Source: Halocafeteria seosinensis (taxonomy: Eukaryota). From it: DNA of 64,000 bases. Location: positions 186,001-250,000 of the forward strand of contig LVLI01000084.1 in NCBI GenBank assembly GCA_001687465.1. The letters run 5' to 3'. A program made the position numbers and the translations under genes. The notes beneath the pieces were generated by a model, which was not told the origin of the DNA, ran no database searches, and saw only the letters and a list, made by a program, of their open reading frames with translations. Below, one piece after another: positions 55,125 through 64,000 of this stretch. Each line of letters begins with the position of its first letter. Position 1 is the first letter of the stretch.

Positions 55125-55669
55125 CCTGATAACCTCAAAATTTCTGGATGAAAAATCCTACAAGCTCTCTAAAAAGTGATATTTCGTTTTTGGTGCTGTT
55201 TGTTTGAAAATCCCCTGAGGATCCTCTGCCTTATTGCCGATTGTTTCCTTACTTCCAAAGCGATAATGAGTCAGCGTCCACTATGCGCCTTTGGTATACG
55301 CAATATGAGTGCCGCATTGGCCCGAATAACAACGCCATGGCTTCAAATCCTCGTTTTTCTCTATTTTGAAATTCCTGAATTTGAATTCCAACTCTGAGCC
55401 CGGATACCGGGCGTACGGCCCGGGAAAGATTTTAAGTTTTGGCACTTGAAACTGATAAGCTCAAAATAATGTATACAGTGAGTATCAAAAGAACAAGAAA
55501 AAATTTCGGAAACTTGCAACCGTATTACTTCAGAAAGAAAATAACTTGAAATTTTGAGCATTTGAAGAATACAAGAAAGAAGAAAGTGAGTGAACTTTGA
55601 TAACGTCTTCCGTTGTACTACACTGTAATACACACGATAACGCTATGGTAGAAACACAGAGATAAACGG

Positions 55670-58583
55670 CTACTGCTCAGCCTTATCATCCGATTCAACC
55701 TGTACGTCTTCTGTGCTGGCTGGTTTTTGTTCTTGTGTGGCGCTAGCTCCTTGTACTTCTCTATCTTTGGATGCCACATTCGAGGGACTGGACTTTTCCT
55801 TTCTTGGTGAACTTGCGTCCCCAACGGTGGTACCCTTCGTGGTGCGGTACGCTTCGCTGGGATATGGCAAAGATGCACCATACTGCTCGTTCAGAATATT
55901 GGGAGTCAAACGTTGCTCGCTGACAGCTTTGGTGGAGAGGTACGCGTTGAACGTCCTGGAAAAGTGATGAAATCCGGCATTCTCGTCATCAAGCGCCCCT
56001 TTTTCCTGGCGATAAGAAAGTCGACCAATGTTGAACGGAATTTCGTCGAAGGAGGTCCCGAATCCAGCTTCCACATCCACCTGACTAACGCTCGGGCTGA
56101 AGAGCTGAGGAAAGAATTTGGAGGCCAGGCTATAGAGTGTTCCGCGGCGAACGAACGAGAATGAACCATTGAGCCTCAAGGCTTGTACTTCAGATAGGGG
56201 AGCCCACATGAAAAGTTTCTCATTAGAAGTACACGCTGGTTTCGTGCAACTATTGGAAATTTTCTGCTCCGAGAGAAGGCGGTGGGTCGTGAGGACTAGT
56301 ATTTGATCACGTTGCCGAGGACGCCAACCGCAGGTTAGGGCGTTTATAAACTTCTGCAAAAAGAAGGCGTCACCCATAGATATCATAGCGAGAGCCGGCA
56401 CACGCATGAATTCGTTCGTGTTGTGCCTATTATAAGCTTTTACTACAGAGCAAACCTGTTCGTCTTCCCATAGCTCAAACGTGGTTTTAATGGCTTCCAA
56501 GTCTTCCGGATCTGCCGGGATCTCATCTTCAGCCGGGGCTTTGATCATCTTTGGAGCTTTGCAAGCCTTTTGGAGGCTTGTGAGAAAGCGATAAAAAGAT
56601 TCTTCCCTTCCTTCAGGAATCAGCCTAGACCAGGGCCACAATCGCGACATGACGGGCTCCACTCTCAATGCACCATAAGAGGTACTTACATCCATAGAGT
56701 ACCCGTAACTGCCAGTAGGATCCCGCAAACAGAAGCCCCCGCCAAGAGTGCCAAAATAATACGCAGTGACAGCCAACTCGTACTTATGCGATCCACGCTT
56801 AAATTCAGACACACTGAACGCACGCTGTGTAGTAAGGATTGCTGCGGATTTCGTCACATACTTTTTCAAGCACAAAGCTGTTGGCACAAAGAAGAATTCA
56901 TACCACGTCATGCGCGGTTGCAACGGAAGTGCATTGACGACTTCCTCGCTTTGTGCTAAGGGAATCTTATTCTCATCAATGCGCACTTTGTTGTCTTCTC
57001 CAATGAAAGGGCGTTCCCGAGCTGGAGTGAATCCACCGGCATTCTCGACGACAAAATTCTCTTGATCTCTTTCGAGATCAGCAAGGGGATTTTCCGTTTT
57101 CTTCGCATCCGCTATACCCTGAGAGAGAAGCAACAGCTCGCTCCAACTATTAGCTTGGTCGTCATGGTACGCATCGTACCAGTCATCTTTTTTTTCTGAC
57201 ACGATGTCTAGAAAAAACTCGCCGATCCCATCGTAGTTGTCCAGCACTTCCTCTTCTGGATTATAGAAGCTACCAGCGCTGACTAAATGAAAGAGAAACT
57301 TCAAAACCTTAAAGGAATTAAGCAGAACTTTGGGGCCGTCATTTGTAATCAAGGCGTAAGTCAGTTTGATTATTCTCTTCAAAAAGTCGAACGTATTGCG
57401 AGCATTCTGGATAGTGTTCTCCTCACTGAGCGCTTTGTCTAAGAATCCACCTCGCGACCACTCTGCAGAACGCCGTCCTTTAATTGCCCCGCTATCGGTA
57501 ATTCCTGAAAATAGCGCGTCACATTCCGAATAAGCAATATTCACCTCGTTTTTGAACCAAAATTGGTAGACGTACCTCCTGCCGCACGGATGGAAGAGCT
57601 TGGGTAATACGAGCCAAAGAACAGACGCACTATGGCCGTTGACTTATAACCGCACCAGTCGATAGGCCCACAGCGATTGTCTGATCTTAGCATCAGCTGC
57701 GACCTCACATGCTATTAAAATAGGCGGTCTACGTGAAGCAAAGATACCTTGCTGAACCTACCTGTAAGGAATTAACATTGTCGACGTGGAACCACGTCAA
57801 AGTAGTTTCGGAGGAAAAGGCGGGCTCTCCGTTTTCCCCTTTACGAGCGCCGTCAACCTCGCTACTCCAGCACAGCAGTCTTCCCTGTTGTACAATGTGC
57901 AGTCGAGTATGATGCATATGCATGTAGCAACAAATGAGGCCCAGTGATTGGGAGCACCTACCTTGTCGGTGAGCGCCAGCCGTTTGCGTGAATTCCCAAT
58001 TTCGAACTCGCGACACTTTACACACATTTTCAGATACACCAAGTAACTGGTCAACAGATAGAAGTGTAGATAAAATGAAGGACTGCCACATTATTCTGGA
58101 ATAAGTGGTCGTACCATCCGCAAGTTAATACAAGGAGACACCAGTATTGCCACTGTGGCATTTCTCTCTCAATGTCGAAGGAGCGGAATTCGCGGACAAT
58201 TTCTTCGTCTGGAAGCACAACAACGACACAATGTCCTCGAAACTCACCGCTGTGAACTCTATGGAACTTACCTGGCTGCATCTCCGGCTTAAAAATTTCA
58301 TCATAGTTCTCATCCCCTAGCTGCAGTGAATCAAAGTCACACACTCGTTAGCAACCTCCATATAATGTTAGGAATCCTCGTCCTCCCTAGGGGCTGTAGA
58401 TGCGCCCGGTGGGAACAGCACTCGTGATTGGCTCCGACGGAACCCCCAAGGCCTACCATTGGCCTACCAGACCGATTGTGAAAACATGCCCAGCATATGG
58501 TCCTGACTTACTTGTCCCTCGATATCGGCGTAAATACGGCCCCGCTTGGGATCTAGGTGCTGGTTTCGAATCGAATAAGCCAT
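55670..58583 (-). CDS. Uncharacterised multi-exon protein with three bPH-like membrane-flanked repeats
   Basis: ATG at 58583 (MAYSIRNQH) splices in frame through short exons to the 624-aa ORF. Repeated EE(I/V)...hydrophobic...L(A/I/V)LTxxR pattern. The last 5' junction was not fully resolved. Confidence 0.6.
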
Positions 58584-59022
58584 TTTTTTGTTCTACGACG
58601 ATCTCTTGATCGAAGAACAAGAAGAACAACAAACCCAATCAAGAAAGGAAAGCTGGTTGTACAACGTAGGAGAGTACGTGATTGTTTGACACTGGGAAAC
58701 CCTCGCGGTACTGTTCCCTTCTTTAGGCAAGCCTGACGCGTATGAATGGTACAACCCACAAGATATCTCGATCACTGACAGCGACCGCCGGACTGACTCA
58801 GTTAGCGAGGCCCGGAGGGTAACTGCCACCGCGGGCGGCGGTCGCGGTGGCGCGACCTGGTCGACATGAGTCACGAAATGCTCAAACGGACACGGTAGGC
58901 TGAGCAACTGTTAGAAGTATTGCGATGGGCACTTCAGACAGTTGAACCGCCTGCGATGCGTGAACGCCACTGCCAGGCTGCTTCATCGCGTTATAGGTAC
59001 TCTTCCGTCAGAGTCTTGTACC

Positions 59023-59100
59023 AGCTGAATTAGGCTCAACGCACAACAAGCTGAATAGGCTCAACACACAAGAAGCTGAATAGTCTCAACACACAACAGC
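59023..59100. repeat. Minisatellite, about 3 x 25 bp (AGCTGAATAGGCTCAACACACAASA)
   Basis: Units at 59023-59048, 59049-59073 and 59074-59097 with few differences. Confidence 0.9.
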
Positions 59101-59257
59101 TAGTTACATTAAGTGAAGGCAGACATTAAACAATACCTGCCTCTTGCACTGGGGCTTGTTGAGCTCCCCAGTACCCGCGTCATGGCGACATTGACATTAG
59201 CAATCCATAAGTTTTCATTTTCTGTCTATTTATTGATTAAACAGTAAATTCTTCATA

Positions 59258-60725
59258 TCACTCGCCGGAAGAGTCTGATCCAGAGTCGTGACTATGCTCC
59301 TGATCTACCTCGCTGCTTGGCCCTCCTTTGCTAGTCTCGCTATCCTTGCGAGAAGCTCCATATCCAATAACAGTTTCAGCCTGCTCAAAGTCGACTCGAT
59401 CACCACCTTCTCCAAATACGGTATCGAGCTCAGAGCGAGGAACAACAAGTTCTTTCGCGCGTTCCGCTCTCTGCTGCTTCGACTCAACACGGGCAGCTTT
59501 GTGCTGGGCTTCCGCATAACGCTTCTCATGGCGAACCTTGTTTGGAGAGACATAATTCTCGTTAAAATAGATTGTTGGGCCTCCAAAAGCGCCAGCAAAA
59601 ATTCTGATTATATCGCAAACAAAACGAGGCCCAATTTCCACTAAGGAAGTTGGCTCTTGACCTTTGGCGACCATTTGCTCACGCGTCTTTTTGTCACTAC
59701 TTTCATCAGCAATTTGGTAGTGTCGTATCCAAATCTTATTGTCTACCACATAAAATGCCATAACATGATCATGGAAGGGTTGGCTCTTCGGATGTTTGTG
59801 CGGTACATGGAATACCTGAGCAAAAGACGCAGCATACTATCAGTACAAGTTGCTCGTCAGACTTATATCAACTGTGTGTTGCTTACCTGAGTAAATAATT
59901 CCTTTAACAGTTGCAGATGTGGTGCGCTGTTAAATGACTGGTCGAAAGATAAGAGAGGCCGAGAACCCTTCAAACAATTCCCAGTGAGTCTCAGTTCGTC
60001 CATCGTATGTACTGGAGAGAGCGAGCACTAATTTAAATGCAAAGCTTCCACATATCCTCTAAACAACTTACCGTTTACGACATGGAACTTAACTGAAGGG
60101 CCATGCGGAGATTTAGCAATCCACAGGTATAAATCACGCTTTTTGCGCACCTGCAGAACACATTGGCCCAAAGCCCGACGGATGAGCATTGCATTGAGCG
60201 TCGGAATCAGTTAAAAGAAGAAGACTCGTCTTACTTCAAACAGTATCGTGTTGTTACAGCTATTAACCTCAGCTAGCTCATTCGCGACTCGAATGTTATC
60301 CTTAGTGTCCATCTGCCGCTCGAAACATGTGTGTGTTACGCAGATAATGTCTCTGATAGTTTTCCATACAATTCTTACCTTGGATTCCTTCTTATGATGA
60401 GGCATAATTGCCTTCAGATCTTCCATCAAATGTCTATATCGGGCAGTGATTCCACGAGTGGAAAGCACCAATGTGCGGTTCTTGGACTTGGCTTGGGATG
60501 GTCTGAATTGCTTCAGAACCCCTGACTGTTCCTCCTCCTTTTGGCTCCCATTTTGTTTCTGTTTCTTCGAATCTTTCTGCAGGCCAATCGAAATCACTGA
60601 CGGTCAAGACATGTGTATGTACTGTACAAAGTGAACCTTACCTCCACCTTGCCATCCGATTGGTTCCTGTTGCGCTTTTTGTTACCTCCACCTCGTCCAC
60701 CAGCGCCCTGTGTTCGTTTAAGCAT
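59258..60725 (-). CDS. BRX1: Ribosome biogenesis protein BRX1 (Brix domain), multi-exon
   Basis: STRGITARYRHLMEDL..MPHHKKESK, GPSVKF, TGNCLKGSRPLLSFD, HPKSQPFHDH, IWIRHYQI and EIGPRF. Confidence 0.95.
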
Positions 60726-61004
60726 GGTACACCTTCGGAAAATTCTCTTACATCGGTTATGGACGCACCACAATCAGTCAAACTCTCGCTATACATGGCA
60801 AAAGGCCTTCAGGTGTCACTGGACTTCAATTTGCGCAGCGTTGTGAAGCTCAAGCAGAGTCGTCGAAAAGATTGCTCGATCGCCTGACGCAGCGATTGTA
60901 TCGACGATGGAGGTTTTGTTTCTGCTCCATGAAGGCCCAGGCACAAGTTTCACGGTTCTCTCTCTGACGAATACTGAAGGGTTAACTATACAGAAGGTGA
61001 CAGA

Positions 61005-62017
61005 ATGGCATCGGTACTGAAATACTTCAATGAACAGGCGAAGCCCTATCATGCTTCCAAGAAGAGGTGAGGTGCCTCAAAGCAATCTGGCTTATACAAG
61101 GGTCTGTGATATCGAAACAAGGCTTTTTGGGGTGCAGATATAGGACGGCGGAAAACCAGGCTCTGGTGGCTACTTCCTCGAGAGCAATCTACGTCGGAAA
61201 CTTGTCGTTTGTGACGGTACGAACTCTGAATGTGGGGTATTGTTTCGTGCATACAGAGACAGTATTGCTTCCTTCCTACAGACGGAATTACAACTTTATG
61301 AGCTATTTTCTCAAGCTGGTCCCATTGAGCGGGTTATCATGGGACTGAACATGTATACGAAGAAACCATGCGGCTTTGCGTTCATAATGTATGTTCGGGG
61401 GGCGTAGCTCTCTATGGTTACAGTAAGCTATAGGCTAATTCACGACCTCTGCAGATTCTATCATCGAAGCTCAGTGGTGGCCTCCTTAAACTTTTTCTCA
61501 CAATTCAAACTAGACGGTCGTATAATTCGTTGCGAAGTAGACAAGGGATATCGAGACGGGCGGCAATGGGGACGCGGCGCCTCTGGTGGACAGGTAGGTT
61601 ATATCGATATACACTTGTGTACGTATGTGTGTGCGAACAACTTAAATGCTGTGGGCTTCCTCTTGATTGCAGGTGCGCGATGAATTACGACAGGAATACG
61701 ACGAAGGCAGAGGAGGATTCGGCAATATCGCTTTGCTTCAAGCCCAAGCAGCTTCGCAGGCCCAAATGAACCTACAGAGGATAAGAGCCGATCAGTATGG
61801 TCAGTGGGAAAACCAAGGTCTATATAATAATGGAATGGGCGACGGTAGAGGCCGTGGTAGGGGACGAGGACGAGGCAGAGGCAGAGGTCGCGGCCGATAC
61901 AGAGCACGCGGACGAAGAGGAGGACAGGGGCGTCAGTTCGACCGCGGAGAGTATCAACAACGCGATGCGCCTAAGAAGCGAAGCCGTGATGAGGACGAGG
62001 GAGAAAGACCGTGGTAG
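61005..62017 (+). CDS. NCBP2: Nuclear cap-binding protein subunit 2 (CBP20) with an RG-rich C-terminal extension, 5 exons
   Basis: Spliced: [75 protein letters not shown]. Confidence 0.95.
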
Positions 62018-62631
62018 ACCAGCGTGTGTCATTCGGGTGCTTATCTATTACAGTGGAGGTGACGGGAGCATGCCACAGCCGCCATTTTATCATTCATGTT
62101 CTGTAGTATTGACGGAATACCAACACCTAAATGCACGCTAAGTACAAACGCAGCATGACAGTAGCAAGGAGAAAAACTGGTTGTTGTCGCTTAGAAACCA
62201 AATGTCTCATGGGTCTTTACCTATCTCGCTACACTCCACCCGCTTGAAGAGGTATTCTTCATAGGGAAGTTTTCACTAAGCTCCCCGTGGTCATACTGCG
62301 CATTGGCAAGAACGTCGGCTTCAAGGAACCACGTTTAACCAAGTTGAATCTTCAGGAGCTATGCACCAGCCTCCTCTTTTTCCTTATTCCTGTCCCATCA
62401 ATCAGGGACTGATTCAAATTTGTGAAGGTGCAGCAAGCTGTGTCACAGCCTGTCTCGCAGGGCCTGCTCAATTCAAGCCAGCTGATGATTTGTATAGCTC
62501 GATTGAGACCACTCCTCGGAACCTTCAAGGAGCACAATCATTCCAATTTGACATATTTCCCCACGTAAGTAGAGTAGACCCGGTCAGTGTAAAGCGCAAG
62601 GCATATAAATGCTCGCGGTCAATGTCTCCCT

Positions 62632-62675
62632 GTCCTCCGTCCCCGGATGCGGTGGTATCTAAGGGGACGGAGGAC
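62632..62675. repeat. 13-bp perfect inverted repeat upstream of NAC-alpha
   Basis: GTCCTCCGTCCCC (62632-62644) and GGGGACGGAGGAC (62663-62675), with an 18-nt loop. Confidence 0.9.
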
Positions 62676-62799
62676 CCCTGATGCTTTTTGTAGTTTTTCC
62701 GGAAGCCTCTTCTGACAATTTTCGTGTTTATACCTCGATATCATGCCATTACCGCTATGTTTCGCGATGTTAAAATCCAGACCATAAACGCAATTTAAT

Positions 62800-63523
62800 A
62801 TGCCCGCCGATAAAGACGACAAGGCCGCCATTTCTGGCGCTGCCGAAGGACAAGAGGAGGACAGCGATGATGATTCCCCTCCTGAGTTAGAAGAGGAAGA
62901 CCAGCAGGGACAGTCTGGTGAGGAAGGTGGACAAGCCGGAGGAGCTGGTGAAGGTGGCCGAGGAAAACAAAACCGAGCCGAGAAGAAGAGCCGCAAAGCT
63001 ATGCAAAAATTGGGCATGAAACCGATTGGTGGAATTACCCGTGTCACTGTTAAAAAGAGCAAGAATGTAAGACGTGCAGATTTTTAAGGGACCTATGGGC
63101 TTCATGTTCACGTGATTCGTCGGTTTTCCCATGTTAACTTTTACACAGATTTTGTTTGTTATCGCTCAACCCGAGGTATTCAAGAGCCCTGTATCTGACA
63201 CTTACATTATCTTTGGAGAAGCTAAAATTGAGGATCTTTCATCTTCTGCACAAAGCCAAGCTGCGCAAGCGTTCCAAAACCCTGACTTACAAAGCCTTGG
63301 CTCTAATGCACCCAGTAATGCTGACCAATCTCAAGCAGCAAAGACGCAATCCGCCACCCATGAAGCCGAAGAAGAGGATGAGGAAGTAGACGAAGAGGGC
63401 TTAGAACCAAACGACATCGAACTTGTCATGAACCAAGGTGGTGTTAGCCGCAGCAAGGCCGTAAAGGCTCTGAGGAACAACAGTAACGATGTGGTCAATT
63501 CTATTATGGAGTTGACAGAGTAG
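62800..63523 (+). CDS. NACA: Nascent polypeptide-associated complex alpha, 2 exons (intron 63067-63148)
   Basis: [19 protein letters not shown]...[35 protein letters not shown] domain DIELVMNQ...IMELT. Confidence 0.96.
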
Positions 63524-63606
63524 CGGTCGGTACTTGATAGCATGATTCTCAAGAAAAATTCTACAACATGATGTGAATTCTTATCAGTTGATCCACAATT
63601 TTCGCG

Positions 63607-64000
63607 CTAACAGCATTTCTTTTGGTTGCCTTTTGAAGAATCATCACCACCGAGTGCCAATGCATCATCGTTAGTATCATCTTTGTTGGTATCCAACGGA
63701 GGCAAGCTATCAGCTGTTGACAAAACATCATACAGTAAGTGAAACAGAGACCTCTGCCAGATGAGGATCGGAGGGGGACATACCAACACTCTTAAACAGT
63801 TCTCTGATGTTTGAACCTTCTTTCGCTGATACTTCAAAGAAATCCGCTTCAATGTCTTGCGCAAACCTTTCCCCCACCTCTCGATCCACTTGCTGTAGCA
63901 TACACCGTCTCCGTGATCCAACGACTGTACGTAACTGGCTTTCCGATGACCACTTACTCGATTTTCATTATTATCCGCCTTGTTTCCGGCAATGACTATC
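63607..64000 (-). CDS. Rab GTPase (Rab5/21/22-like), 3' part only
   Basis: Spliced: IVIAGNKAD..R|QV...FFEVSAKEG..IRELF..|..KKCC-stop. Contains G4, G5 and the double-Cys prenylation signal. Confidence 0.9.
   Translation of the reverse strand, partial: IVIAGNKADNNENRVSGHRKASYVQSLDHGDGVCYSKWIERWGKGLRKTLKRISLKYQRKKVQTSENCLRVLVCPPPILIWQRSLFHLLYDVLSTADSLPPLDTNKDDTNDDALALGGDDSSKGNQKKCC

Noticed and set aside
58321..58511. 191-nt first intron with a GGCCTACCA duplication, as a hidden exon or element
   Set aside because: The flanking exons join in frame without it, and internal frames hit stops.
59023..59100. CRISPR-like repeat
   Set aside because: No spacers, no cas genes, and a eukaryotic context.
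60908..60993. Upstream ATG and a possible 5' UTR intron for CBP20
   Set aside because: The donor is weak (GTTTTG) and splicing leads to an early stop; ATG 61005 gives the coherent protein.

Overview
Gene-dense eukaryotic genomic DNA from a flagellated protist. It has short canonical GT-AG spliceosomal introns (mostly about 60-90 nt), the standard genetic code and an axonemal-type dynein; a stramenopile-like affinity is only a guess. I could reconstruct 23 protein-coding genes by hand-splicing: dynein heavy chain (5'-incomplete), PAQR, a PIP-box orphan, a DnaJ-thioredoxin protein, DTD1, a SPIRAL2/TORTIFOLIA1-like HEAT protein, MSH2, a degenerate kinesin, a nucleolin-like 2xRRM protein, a CPI-motif protein, RFT1, eIF3l, eIF3c, a U-box protein, an R2R3-MYB, eIF4E, CBP80, CTF4/WDHD1, a triple bPH-like protein, BRX1, CBP20, NAC-alpha and a Rab (3' part). 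There are also up to three decayed gene relics and a few repeats and palindromes. The main signal is a roughly 32-kb neighbourhood holding both nuclear cap-binding complex subunits, an atypical eIF4E (cap-stacking Trp102 replaced by Gln) head-to-head with CBP80, and eIF3c/eIF3l head-to-head. Other notable items are an MSH2 apparently lacking domain I, a kinesin with all nucleotide motifs degenerate, and near-strict strand alternation with stop codons only 14-89 bp apart. I recognised no tRNA, rRNA, CRISPR array or intact transposon. All protein identities are from-memory motif recognition, not database searches.
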